Below, one piece after another: positions 12,801 to 26,600 of a DNA stretch of 60,000 bases. The stretch comes from Felis catus (taxonomy: Eukaryota). The notes beneath the pieces were generated by a model. The model was not told the DNA's origin. It saw only the letters and a list, made by a program, of their open reading frames with translations, and did no database searches. A program made the position numbers and the translations under genes. The stretch spans positions 560,001-620,000 of the forward strand of contig NC_058369.1 of assembly GCF_018350175.1 (NCBI RefSeq), written 5' to 3'. The stretch's first letter is position 1. The number at the start of each line of letters is the position of its first letter.

Positions 12801-15800
12801 GGTGACTTCTCGGCCCCCAGGACACACAGTGAGGACACAGCACGGTCCAGACCAGGGTCCATGCAATTCCAAAACATGCTCACCGTTAAAATAAAAACAT
12901 GACAATCACGTGGCCACCCTAAGGACAGGTGAGGAACAGGATGGAACTGAAGAAATCCCTTCCAGACCCCGTCTCCCCTGGGACTCCCACCACCCCAAGG
13001 TCAGTGACTGTGAGTGCCAGGTGCCCATTCCTGAGCACACACGGAGCTCGGGTGTCCTTTGCGGTCTCCGGGATGGCACGGGCCCCAAGGCATTTGGTCC
13101 CACGACACCCCACCTGATTTTTACAACCCCCCGCTGTTTTGAAAGAAGAAAATGTAGCGAGAGCAAGATGCTAGCAGGCCGGGAACCTTTCCTCAACCCC
13201 CAGTCCCCTTCTTCTCGACGAACAAAAACAAACAGCCTGGCCCGGGTTCCTGGAAGGCTGAGTCAGGCCGGCGGGCTGGCAAGCGGCGGGGTGTGGGTGC
13301 TGGCGCGCCCTGCCGTCCGCTCCAAGCCACCGTGCCTCGCGTTCCCCACCGGGAGCAGCGGGCTGCTGGGAGGGCCTTTGGCCCGGACGCAGGAGGGGGC
13401 CGGGGTCGCCACCGTGGCTGTCCAGGGCAGGGACCGCGCCAGGCTGCCTCGAGCACTTCCCGTCCCTCTGCTGGCCCCACGCCGGGCCCCAGACTTCCCA
13501 GGCCCGGCTCTTCTGCGTCTGGGCCGTGGACGCTGCCCGAGGAACAGCAAAGTGGCCGGGCGGGCATCGGGTCCAGTACTGTGCACCACCTGGCAGGGCT
13601 CCCCGGGCTCCACCCGGCTGGCTCTGGGTGGAAGGGGCTGCTCCCCCTCGGACACGCGTGGCCCCCATCCGTGTCTCCGATGCCGCCCGTCAGCCCCGAA
13701 TGAGGGTTCTGGCCCCCGAAAGCTAGAGGCTTCTCTCCCAGCAGACAACCCTAAGAGGCCTGGATGGGCGAGGGCTCCCCAAGCCCGGCATCAGCCCCGG
13801 TCTTCCTCACCGATGTGCCTGCTGCCCCGGTCCTGGGAACGAGCCGGAGTCTGGGCCTGGCGCACGCGGAGACCCTGCTCGCCTCTGGCGACTCCTGCCC
13901 GGCCTCGTCTTCCCCGCCCCCACCCGTGTCCCGAGGAAGCAGCTTCACAGACGCCAACCCAGCGCTCTACCCCCTGCAGAAGGCTGGCCGGGGGCACCCC
14001 CTCCGGTGCCTCCAGCCACTGCCCAAGGTCCTGGGCGCAGAAGCGCCAGGGTGAGAAGCAGCAGCGTTAGAAGCTGCTTGCTGCTCACCTCCTGGGGAAG
14101 CCCGCGTCCCCAGCAGGGCAGAGTGTGGGCGCTGAGCCAGGGGAGGTAGCGAGGTTGGTGCCTGACCGCCACGGGACCTTTCACAGAAGGTCCCGCCCCA
14201 GTCCGTACGTTTTCCGGGCTGTGCGGGAGACACGAGGACGCCTGACCTGTGACCTCACTGCCGTCTGTGAACAACCCGGACCCGCCCCCGGCCCGCGGAC
14301 GGGGCCCTCAGAGGGCGCTGACCTTGTCCTGGGCGGAGGGGCCGGTGCTCACATCCCAGATGGTGGGCACCTGGCTGAGGCTGTCAGCCGGCAGGAAGTC
14401 GGGCGTGTCCGCGATGTCTGAGAGGGAGTCCACGGACGAGGAGAAGATGGAGGCGTTGGAGAGGTCGTCGAGGTACGTGGAGTCCTGTGGGACGGGCAGG
14501 ATGAGAAGCGGCCGGGGCCGGGGCAGCCACACAGCGGACACGCCTGCTGCCAGCAGCAGCCAGGCGCCCACCCCCGCCGCCCCGCGGGCAGTGCCCGAAC
14601 GCACGACGCTCGGGGAGGGAACCGGACACGAGAGGCCACGCGGGGTGTGGGTCCGCGTCTGGGAAACGTCCAGAACGGACTCGTCCACGGACGGGAAGGG
14701 GGCTCATGGGGACGGGGGAGGGGCTGAAGGGGTGGAGGCGACGGCTGATGGGGACGGGGTTGCGTTTGGGGAGACGGAACGTTCTGGAATTAGGTGACAC
14801 TGGGCACATGTGACACCAGCGCACGGATGTCAGAACACAGAGAGCCCCACGCCTTCCAGGAGGTGGCGTGCTGTACACGGTACGCACAATTCAGAAACCT
14901 AAATTTAGAGAAAATCGGACGCAGTGCGGGGTGTTCCCACGTCGCCCTCCCTCCCACCCCTGGTCCACAGGCACTGAGAACCTGTGTGTACCCGGTTTGC
15001 ACCGGATACCAAGGACACTCGGAGACCAGCCCCCAAGGGCTCCTGGGCCCGCCTGGAGTGAGCCCCCCAGCCCGAGACCCCCATAGCGCCCTGCTGGGTT
15101 CTGGTGTTCATACCACTAGCCACCAGGAGGGGGCAGTAGGTGTCCACACTTTTGGACACAGGGACACTGGGTGCCTGAAGCTGGGGAGGGGCAGGCCTCC
15201 TTCCCCATCCCTGAGGCCCTGCAGGCCCGGGTCAGGGGGTGGGGGCACAGCCTTCAGCCGACTCCTCATGGGGAGGGAGTCCCACAGCCCCGCCCAGACG
15301 AGGCCCTTCCAGCCGGACCTCCACAACAGAGGACCAGATCACGCTGACATCTCAGGTCAGTCAGTGGGGGCATTTTGTGAGCAGGGCAGAGGCCAGTGGG
15401 GTTGGATGAGGCCGCATGTAGGAGCAACGGAGTCCCCAGGCCCTGTGCACCGTCTGTGTGTCTCGGGCTGTCGGGGCCACTGGAAGGCCAGGGCCAGCTG
15501 GGTAGGATGCCAGCGCATAGGCACGGGGGGATGGCGAGGCAGACAGGCAGGGCTGGCCAGCGGGTGTCTTGGGCTCTGGGGATGAAGGGGATGTGGTGGG
15601 CCTGGAGCCCGCCTGTATGCAGCTGGCTCGGCCTCCAAGACCACAGTTGAACTGGCTTCTGGGGGTGGAGGTGGCATCCTTGCAGCCCCCAGATCGCTGA
15701 GAACAGGCCCCTGGTCTCGGCTGGTGCTCCTGCCCCACTCCATCTGTGAGGGCTGTTTCTGGAGCTCCCCTCCCATTGATCTGTGTTGGCGTCAGATCCC

Positions 15801-18800
15801 CATTCCTGGGTGGGGGGGTGTCTCTAAGTGATAACGTCCAGCTCGCTCCGATGCCAGAGCACACACAGCCCCAGGACTGTGCAGGCTCCGGCCCGTTGTG
15901 CCCTCGGGAGGGGGTGGGCACGGAGGGGGTCAGGCCCCCCTGAGGGAGACTAAATGCAGGAGACTCTCTACCAGGTGGGGCTGGTCCCAGAGCCAGGCTG
16001 GGACTCAGGACCTGTGCTGCAAAGACCACCCGTGCCCACGTCAGCTGGTGTGCCTTGACTGGATGCCACCCCGAGGCGCCCTGGTGGCAGATAGCATATG
16101 GGAAGCCAGAGGGACTGCCACTCGCTCCCGCCCCTCAGCGGCACCAAGCCCAGACCCGTGGGAGGCGGACCCCGGTAGGACCTGCCAGCCTGGGCGAGTC
16201 CCGGCGAGGAGGCAGACAGCGGCTGGCAAGACCAGCTCAGGCAGGTGGTGGCCCAGGGAAGGTCTGCAAAAGTCCGCAGCGCTGGGCTGCAAAAGTGCGC
16301 AGAAGCAGGGAACACCATGCTCACAGTGGGAAAAGGCACACCCGACACTTGGGACGCCCATCACCCTCACGTGAGAGCCCAGTAGCTCACCAGGCCATAG
16401 CAGCCATCTGTGGGTTGGGGGAGGGCTCAGGTGGCAGCGTGGGGTCTGGCCTGGCTGACCATGAGGACTGCTCTCTGCCCACCAGGACCTCCTCTGGACT
16501 CTGCCCCATCCCGGGGCAGCTGGGGTCAGAGGTGACCGAGCCCGAGTCTGGCAGATAACGCCAGGAGAGGCTGGGCCACAGAAGCTGGCCGCCCGCTCCC
16601 TATGAAACAGCATGGAGCATGGACCCCTGCAGGCTGCCTGGGGTGGGGGCTGGGTAGGGGTGGGGGTTGCTGTGTGTCCTGGCTAAAATCTCTCTGGGAC
16701 CACATCTGAGGGTGGCCTTCCCAGAGGGCGCCAACCAAGCCTGGTCAGAGTGACAACAGCCCCTGAGCCCATGAAGCTGGCAGCCCCAAGGGGCCCTGAG
16801 GGGTGGCCCTGCTTCCTAAAGGGAAAACGGTCACCAGCAGTAGGATGGGCAGGTGGGGAGGAGCCCCGATGAGGTGGGTGCTCAGGGGGACCACAGCCCT
16901 GCATGGGCTGCACACGGCGACCCCTGCCCACAAGGACCGTGTGGAGCCCGACCGGCACACCCGGCCGGAGACCAAGGTCAACGCCAGCAGTGAGGAACCT
17001 CGTGGGCAGCGGGGGCCCCAGGTGTGACGGCATGAGCCAGACACTTCGCTCAGGGCCATCGTGGGACGAACCCGGGGGGGTGGGGAGGGGAGGGGACATC
17101 CTGCAGGAAGCCTGTCCAGTCCTCCTCCTGACCGCCTGCCCGGGGCATCCACCGGAGAAGAGGTGGAGAAAGCGTCTCAGCCCAGTGGGGGCTAAGGAGA
17201 GTGAGAACCCGATTCACGCGGTGTCCCGATGGGGTCGGGGACAGAACGAGGACACGGGAGGCCGAGGGATCTTTGGTCGATAATAATGTATGGGCGCCTG
17301 CCTGTCCCACCGACAGACGCATCGTGCTGAGGTGCGGTGTGAACAGGGGCCGGGGCGTGGGAACCGCGCTACCTTCAGTGACTGTGCGCGTCACGCTGCT
17401 CCAAGACAAAAGGTGTTTAACGAGCGGGGATGGGGGCGCCTGGGTGGCTCAGTCAACTGAGCCAGCGACTCCTGATTTTGGCTCAGGTTGTGATCCCAGG
17501 ATCCCCACAGAGCGAGTGAGTGAGTGAGCCCACTGTTGGGCTTAGAGCTGGGCGTGGAGACTGCTCCCGAACTCCCTCTCCCTCTGCCCCCTCTCCCCTG
17601 CTCATCCTCACTCACCCTCTCTTAAAAAACAAAAACAAAAACAAAAACAAAAAAACGGTGGGGATGCTGCCCTCGGCAGCCCTCACCTTGATTCTTGGGC
17701 CAAAGGGAGGCTGGGCCTCAAAGCGGGTCACCAAGAGTCCCTCCCAGCTCCACTCCCTATAAGGAGTTGGCGGCAGGATGGGGCAGGAGCTGACCCCACC
17801 CAGGGGCGGCTCACCCAGCAGCCCCCCTGTCGGGACCTGAAGCCCAGCAGCCACCAAGCAGACCTCCAAGACCAGCCAAATCCAAACGAACCCTCTGTGG
17901 GCGCCCCGCAAAGCGCCTGCCCCTCAGATCCCAGGCTCCCACCTGGCCCCATCTGCTGTTTCAGTGGGGCGGGAGCAAGCTGGTCACCCTGACAGTTTTG
18001 GGGGTCACCTGCTGTGGTTACTGTCTCGCAGCGTTTTGGGGTTCCCCGCACCAGGCGAAGACCTGGCGGGACCCGGGGGAGCTGCCAAATAGTGGCCCCG
18101 CTCTGGCCACAGACCGGTGGGTGGGGACAGGATGGCCCCCACCCCAGACCTGCTCTGGGCCTTCCCTGGGGCGAGGGGGGGGGGTTGCTGCACACACTCA
18201 GACCCCAGGAATGCCCTGCAGAGACAGGCTCTGTCACGCGGGCCCCGGGGAGGGGCTGGACCCCTTCCCGGAGCCCTGGGGGGCCGGGGCGCTCCTACCT
18301 GGCCAATCGGAGCCCGAGCGGACGGCACTCCGCCAGCTCTGTCCCGGGGCACCCCAGACGCTGTCAAGGTCGGGCGCTGAGCCCTGGGGGGCGGCCGGGC
18401 GCAGCCCGGAAGGTGCCGGCCGCGCACCTGCGCGCCCCGGGCCCCGCGGCCCCGCTGCGAGGACGCGGGCGGCCGCCTTCCCCGCCCGGAGCCCCGCGGG
18501 CGGCGCGGAGGGTTACCTTGTTGAGAGCCGCGAGGTGCAGCCAGAGCCGCAGCTGGGACATGGCGCGGCCGCGGCGGGTCCCGGGAAGGCGGCGGGCGGC
18601 TCCCTCCGGACCGCGGCCGCCCGGCCGCTCTCAGCCCGGCTGCATTTGCATGTTGGTTTAGTCACCGCCAGCGCCGACTTCCCCTAAGGCGGCTGACTTT
18701 CAGGAAATGATGGCCGCCTGGGAAGTCAGGGTGATTACTGGCAGAGCGAGAATTCCTGTACTGGGCGGAATCTAGCCACAGACCTCTCGGCGGGGCCGGG

Positions 18801-20643
18801 CCCCCGCCCGCCGGCTCGCACCCTGCCGCCCCGGCGCCCCCCACCGCCCACCCCGCCGGGGGGGGGGGGGGGGAGGGAGGGACGGGGGAACGCGGGGGGC
18901 CCCTCCCGGCCGGCCCGCCTCGGTTTCCCCAGACCGCAGGGTGGCCGGTCCGGCGCCCTAAGGCCCGGCCGGTGCCTTCATGCCCCCTCCGGGCAGCTCC
19001 CGGGCTTGGACAGGGGCCTTCGCCAGCTGCCCCCAAGCACCCGGCGGCCGTCTCCACCGCCTCCCTGGGCTCACACCCCCCAGCCCCGGGCCCTCGCTCA
19101 CGCTACCGCCTCACCTGGAGTGTGTGCGTCCCCCTCGGGAACCCGGCCCCCACCGTGCTCCTTCTCCTGGAACTTTGCCAAGGGGTATGGCTGCCCCTGA
19201 CACCCCCATTCTTTCCTCTCCGGGCCTGCGCCTGCACCCCTCGACCCCGCACAGAGGGTGGGACACGGGCAGGGCTTGCAGGCAGGGGGTGTGAGACCCC
19301 TGGCATACCCTGTGGGGTCAGGTGTCCTCTTCCCCGGGAAACAACTGTTGCTTTTAGAAAACCTACTTTGGGGGCGCCTGGGTGGCTCAGTCGGTTGAGC
19401 CTCCGACTTCGGCTCAGGTCATGATCTCGTGGTTCGTGGGTTCGAGCCCCGCGTCCGGCTCTGTGCTGACAGCTCGGGGACTGGAGCCTGCTTCGGGTTC
19501 TGTGTCTCCCCCTCTCTCTGCCCCTCCCCCACTGGGGTGTGCATGCGTGTGTGTGTGCACGCGCGCGTGCTCTCTCGCTCTCAGAAATAAATGAGCTTAA
19601 AAATTTTTTTAAAAGAAAAGAAAACCCACCTGGTAGGGTGTTTGTGCCACATAGCCGTCACTTGGCTGAGAGGAGCAAGCTGGTGAGGCGAGCCTCGCAG
19701 CATAGGCTGGGGGGGCATGGACACACGAGGGGCTCTCGCTGGGGAGAGACCCCGGGCCGCGGGCCTGGTCAGGGACAATGAGGGACCGCGGGGTCCAATG
19801 CTGCAGACGCAACAAGGCCACCGTGGCTGCCCCTGTCCCACCCGCACCTCACGGCCGGCAGACGCCCGAACCCCAACAACGGGAGGGGAGGGCCGGGCCT
19901 GGCTGGGGCCACCGCGTGTGCAGGGGAAGCGCAAACGGCGACCAGCCGGCAGAGAGACACTCGACACCGTCCGGCAACGAGCAAACGCAAACCAAAACCC
20001 GTGAGACACCACCTCCCGGCCGGCCGCCGGGACCGCGACACTCAGCCGGCTAGGCTAAGCGTCAGCGGAAGTGGAGGAACCGGAACCCCCGGCTGGCGGT
20101 GGGGACGAGAAGCAGGGCGGTCTGTCTGGAAGACAGGCCCGCGGTCAGTTCCTCGTCAGGTCAACCCCAGGGTCACCACACGACCCCGCGACCCCACTGC
20201 CGGGTCCACACCCGAGAGACACGAACACTCACGTCCACGCAACCCCCACCCGCACGCCCACACATGACCACGTTCCCCGCACACGCGCACAGATGACTGG
20301 GTCCACCGCGCACGCCCCTCGGCCGCCAGCAGGGGCGAGGCACACCCCCCACCCCCCCACCCCCCCCACCCCCGGGGACGGACCCTGAACACGCAACGCT
20401 CAGGGAGCCAACCAGACACGAGAGGCCCCGTGGGGTGTGAGTCCGAGTGTGTGAAACGTCCAGGACGGGCTCATCCACGATGGGAAGGGGGCTCATGGGG
20501 GCCGGGGATGGGGAGGTGATGGCTGATGGAGACAGGGTTGCTTTTAGATGAGGAATGTTCTGGAATTAGAGGTGGTGGTTGCACAATTCTGTGAATTTAC
20601 TTAAAAGAGTGGCTTTTACTATTTTTTTATAACAGTTTTTATT

Positions 20644-20675
<32 letters not shown>

Positions 20676-23600
20676 TAGGCTCTACACCCAGTATGGGGCT
20701 TGAACTCACCACACTGAGATCAAGAGTCATGCACTCTACCAGTGGAGCCAGCCAGGCGCCCCAAAAGCATGGATTTTAAGGCATATGAGTTCTCAGTTTT
20801 ATTTTCGTTTATTGATTTTTTAAAGTTCGTTTGTTTATTTATTTAGAGAGACACAGAGACAGTGTGAGCAGGGGAGGGACAGAGAGAGGGAGAGAATCCC
20901 AAGCAGGCTCCCATGTCAGCACAGAGCCTGATGCCGGGCTTCAGCTGACAAACCATGAGATCACGACCTGAGCCGAAACCAAGAGTTGCATGCTTAACCA
21001 ACTGAGCCACCCAGGCGCCCCGACTCAGTTTTAAATGTGTATTTTTGAGAGACACGCATGGGGCAGAGAAGGGGACAGAAGATCCCAAGCAGGCTCCGTG
21101 CTGACAGCCCAACGCGGGGCTCGAACCTACAAACCGTGAGATCATGACCTGAGCCGAAGTCGGACCCTCAACCGACTGAGCCCCCCAGGCGCCCCAGTTC
21201 TGACTCCGTTTAAAAATAATCACTGGGAACTGAAATAAAAGATGAACGCAGTGCCTGGGCCAGGCTCTCATTATTAGATTTAGCATAAAGTCCATCAAGC
21301 TTCCAGCACAGTTACTGACCTTTGAGTATCTGTCCCCCAAATCTCGGCACCAGACTGATGGGCAAGGGTGGCCCTGAGGAGACAGGGAAACCGGGTGGGG
21401 GTTCCCACACCAAGAAGTCAGCACCCTCAGGGCTGTCCTGTGCGCCCCCCCCCCCCAGCCCCCGGTGGCCGCAGGCTGTGTGGGTCTGCTACGAGTCTGG
21501 ACAGGGGTGGAGGGGCCGAGTGGGGGTCTCGGCAGAGGCCCCGGCACCGGTGTGAGTGGGGTCGTGACCAGGGATGTGACTGGTTCCGTCCCCGTCTGGC
21601 TGCATCTGGGCCACAGTGCTGTCTGGTGGGACCCTCTCTCTGGCCCCAGACTGACCCTCTGCCCTGTGGCCAGGCCACGTACAGAGGGGCGGGCGAGGCC
21701 CAGCTGCCCCGGTATTCCCAAGACCCTCCGGGTCTGTTTTGGGCTCTCCCCTCCCCACTAGGCCCCCACAGCAAGCCTGTGCCCAGGTGGCCTGCATGTC
21801 CTGACTTACGGCAGAGGGTGTGGTGGGCATTGCAGGCTCCCCTCAGGCACACTGCATTGCTGGAATGTTCCTGTTGAGGGGTGAATTGTGTCCCCCCCAG
21901 TGACATGTCCAAGTCTTGACCCCCTAATGCCTGTGAAGGGGACCTTATTTGGGTATAGAATCTTTGCAAATACAATCAGTTAAGATAAGGTCGTACAGGA
22001 GTCAGGTGGGCCCAACCCGGTGACTGGTGTCCTTGTAGGAGGGAAATCCGGACACAGGTGCGTGGGGAGGCAACCACAGGCCACGGGGGCAGGTGCCGCT
22101 GCAGGTGGCACAGGCCAAGGGACATCTGGAGCCCCCGGGACCCTCCCTCTGATCTCGGACTTGTGGCCCCAGAACTGGCGCCAGGTCTCCCTGCTTGTGG
22201 TGCTCTCTGGGGGCCACCCCCGCCCCCACGGCCCCTGAGACACTGCTGCCCTAGCCCACTGTCGTGGGCACAGCAGCCTCAGCCCGAAAACTGACCCCGA
22301 CCACCCTGTTGCCATCAGGAGAGGCTGGAGCTCTGCTCCCTGTGGCCAGACCCTGACCAAGGGCTTTTCTGCAGGCCTCACAGCCCCTCCCTCCCGTCCT
22401 CATCCCTGTCCCCCGTTCCGGGTGTCCCAGTTTCTGTGCAGAGACCGTCTGGAGACACCTGTGCTCCCTGTCGCCACCTGTCTGCGGCCCTTAGTACAGA
22501 CCACAGAGCGGGGCTTCCTTGGCCATGGCCCTCGGCTGGACCGCGGAGCTGGGGGCGGGGGTGGGGGTGGGTTCTCGCAGCGGCTCAGTGTGAACCAACG
22601 GGCTTCCTTTGAGAGGAAACCTCCCGCTCGCTCGGTTTGCGATGCCGGTAACTCCTGGGAGCCTGCTGGCGGGGCGTGCCGGGCCTCTGATCCCTGCTGA
22701 AATCCATTTGCAGAGCCTCCGTGCCGCCCGCCCCTCACTGGAGAGCTGCTGAGAGTTCGCAAAGCACTTTTCTGAGCCGTGACCTCATCCTGGCTTCCCA
22801 GAAGCCCCAGGCCGGCAGACGGCAAGTGTCCTCACTGAGTGGATGCGGGACCCACCCGAGACGCCTGGACTCTCAGGGTGCACGCCCGCTCCAATGACAG
22901 AGTGAGGGGGGCTCAGTGTGTACAGAAGTGCCCTCCCCCAGAGTCCAGCTGAGACGTTAGGGGTCCAGGTGACCTTGGGAGGAGGGGTCGGGGCAGCCCC
23001 CTCTCCCAGGGAACGCGTCTGCGGGGGGGGGGGGGGAAGCAGTGAAGATGAGCACTGGGGGTGTAGCAGGGAGGGTCGGGTGGTCACGCCCACAACCAGG
23101 ACCCCAGATACCAGGGTGGGGAGAACGCGGGGGAGGGCCTGAGGGGCGGGGCAGCGAGGGCTGCAGGCACGAGGCCTTGGGAGGGCCGCGCTGCGACATT
23201 GAGTCCTTCACCCGCCGCCACGACTTCAACATTTCCCCAAGTACCTCCCCCCAATCAGATTCGGGTCCACAAAGAAGCCGGTTCCCGATGTTCACAGCAG
23301 CACAATTCACAGTCACCCAAATCCGCGCTGTGGGAACAACCCAGATGCCCAACGAGGGATAAACGGACACACACAACACATGCACCACGGACGCGCACGT
23401 CTGCCGAGGACCGTGTCCACCGCGCACGCGCACGTCCCTCGGCCGCGAGCAGCAGCGAGGCTCCCGCCCCCGCCGCCTCGCGGACGGACCCGAACACGCG
23501 ACGCTCAGGGAGGGAACCCGACTCGAGAGGCCACACGGGGTGTGAGTCCGCGTGTGTGAAACGTCCAGAACAGGCTCATCCACTGCCGGGAAGGGGGTTT

Positions 23601-26600
23601 CCTTTTGGGGTGATGGAACATTCTGGAATTACATGGAGGTGGTAGTTGCATAACCCGGTGAATTTGCTAAGTCGGTGAATTGTGTGATATGCAAATCATA
23701 TCTCACCTAAATGTAAAGAACGAGTGAAAAGCCACACACTCACCCAACACACAGTGCTCCCGGGCGGTGGGAGACCCCACGTGGGGCCCCTCGACTATCC
23801 AGGTCGCTAACAGACGTGGGAGCCTCAGTGGCTCCGTGCCACGCACAGTGAGAAGGGGCCCTTCCCTGGGGAAGCAGGTGGCATGAAGGCTGAGGCAGGG
23901 ACTTCAGGGAGTGAGCCTGGGCCATTCCTAGTGGCTACAAGGGAGGACACAGAGGGACAGATGCTCCGACAGCCAACGCAGAAGCAGCGGATAGCACCTG
24001 ACCGTAGCCTGTGTTGTCACCAACATGACTGAGTGAGGGAAGGCACAGCTCTCCCTACGGAAGACCTCCGGCTGATCGACAGGGCGGAGCGAGGACAGAA
24101 ACGTCTGCCAGCCAGAGCCCGTGGCGGCGGTCACTGCAGGCAACGTCTACCGGTGCCTGGGGAAATCCACCCCCCTCCCCACCACAAGGGACCAGGGTCC
24201 CTGACGCACCCTCGCAGGGGGAGAGGGGAAAATGGCAGCGACCTGACAGTGGATGGGGGACAGGGAGGCGCGGGGCGGTCCCCAACCGGGGCTGGAGGGC
24301 AGGACCGTCAGCGGTAAGGCACACCAACGCCAGCAGGCTTGGAAGTGACGCCCCAGGAGGGCGCAGCGCCCCGTCTGCGGGACTCCTGTCAACAACACAG
24401 AACCCCTCCTTAGCGTGAGGGCCCCAGGCCAGCCCAGGCAGGGGCCCTCGGCGGTGACTGACCAGCTCTCTACAGAGGCCTCGGGGCCCCGGCCCCGGCC
24501 CTCTGGTCAGTCACTGGTGCTGTGCGGGGGCTACTCTCTGCGCCGTGATAATGGACCGTGGTTCCAGAAGACAACAACGTGCCAGGACACTGGGCAAACG
24601 AGTGACCGTGTTCGAGAAGAGTTGGTACTGTTTTTGCAACCTCCCTATAACCTAAAGTGCTTTGAAAGTCATCTTGTCACGAAAACCTTAACGAACAAAC
24701 AGAAAAAGAGAGTATCAGACCTTGAATTTGTAGATAACCCCTGGGTGCATGGGCCTTCCGAACTGGAACCTGGGCCCCTGGGCTCTGGGCCTCTGCAGGG
24801 GGCCCGTGGTTTGAACGCCAGGCCCACCCCGCAGGACAGAGCCACCTCAGAGTGGGGGTTAGCCTTGACCTGCTGCATTCCTGACAGCAGGGTCCCACAG
24901 GATGTGGGCCCCACCTGGGTGTCTGTAAAACAGGAACCCTGGCATGCCTGATGGACTCAGCCAGTAGAGCATGCAACTCTTGATCTTGGGGTCACGAGTT
25001 CAAGCCCCATTTCGGACAGTTTACTTAAAAATAAAATTAAAATTAACAACAACAACAAAAATAAAACAAGGACCCCACATCAAGGCGAGACCAACCTGCC
25101 ACCAATGGTCCTGGGTCTGGGTCGGCTCATGTACAGAACCAGGGGAGGTCCCTGGTTCCTGGTACAGAACCCGGTACCCCTAACGTCCAATGATTCAGCC
25201 CTAGTCACAACAGGAGGAACAAAGGCCCTCAGACAGCAAAGCTGGAGCCAAGACCAACCACAGGACCGGGAACCAACGCCATAAGCAGTCCCCGGGGAGA
25301 TGGGCGCGGGATGCCGACCCCAAGGAACTGCTCCGTGCCCCAGAAGGACACTGGGAGAGAAGCTTTCTCTCTGCAGGCAACAAGAGTCACACAGCTCCTC
25401 TCCTTTCTCTTTTTGCTTTGGCTGCTAGGAAACTCAGAGCTCAGGTTTAGTTAGGAGGAGGTACGTTAAGGCCTGCAGGCCTACGTTCACTCCCTGCCCC
25501 AGCCCAGCTCTGGCTTTTCTATTCCAATTTCTTCTGACTTCTACAACAGTGGGGACATTTCGAGAGTGTGCCGGGGCCACGTGAGGGCTTCACGTGGTCC
25601 ATCAGATTCCTCTTGCCACTGTAATGAACTACCACAAACCTCACGGCTTAAAATAGCACACGCTTATTACCTTATGGTTCTGGAAATCAGAAGTCCAAAA
25701 TGGAGAGCTATGTTCCTCCCGGGACCCCAGGGACAGCCCTCTCCCCCCTTTCCTGGCTTCCAGAGGGGGCGCATCCTGGGCCCACAGCCCCTCCTCATCC
25801 TCACGGCCAGCAGCGCGGGGTCTGCCTGTCTCTCTGCCTCTGACCCTCTGCCTCCCCCTCGAGAGGGCCTTGTGAGGCCGCCGGGCCCCCCGGAGCACCC
25901 AGGGCTACCCCCGCCTCGGGGGCCTTGACGAGGTCCCCTCTGCTGCGTGAGGGGACAGGTCCCCGGTCCCACGATCAGGACGGGGACGTCTTTGAGGCTG
26001 TCCCTTTGCCTGTCACCATGGTGATGTTATTTGGTCAGTTAGGAACGGAGGGTGTCTGCGGTGGGTCCACTGGCTGAGGCGCAGCTGTGAAGGGCCTCGA
26101 ATGCCAAGCTCGGTCTGGCCCCCTTCCTGTCCTCGCCCACAGGCCCAGGGGTCACGAGGGAGGTGATAGAGACCAACAGGGCCTCAAGACCCTTCACCGC
26201 ATCTGAACTTTGGTCTCACATCTGTCAATCCCACACTTGGCACAGGGTGAGATTTTGTTTGAAGAAGCGGCTTTAGAAAAAGATCTGGGTTCAAGGTGCC
26301 CCCGGCAGGGTAGGCTCCCGCCACGTTCAGCGGATGCTCAGTAAGTATCCGCGGGATGGGTGCAGCTGAGCTCCCTGCACGTGATGAGAAACGGGCGCGG
26401 TGGCCCCAGGGGGGTCTTGGTGGAAGAAAGCGTGTCTGCTCCGGGCAGAGCCAGGAGCAGCTGTGCAAGCTGAGGGCATGAGACACAGTCGGGGGAGTGG
26501 GGCCGGGGGGGGCGGGGGGGGGGGGGGCTACTGGGGCGGGGCCTGCGTGCACCCGAGCCTCAGCTTCCCCGTCCGTGTGGCAGGTGACGCCCCAGCGTGG

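Noticed and set aside
12910..14070. 386-aa plus-strand ORF in intron 5
   Set aside because: Non-ATG start, Pro/Arg/Gly/Ala-rich low-complexity product and no recognisable domain; long ORFs are expected at this GC content
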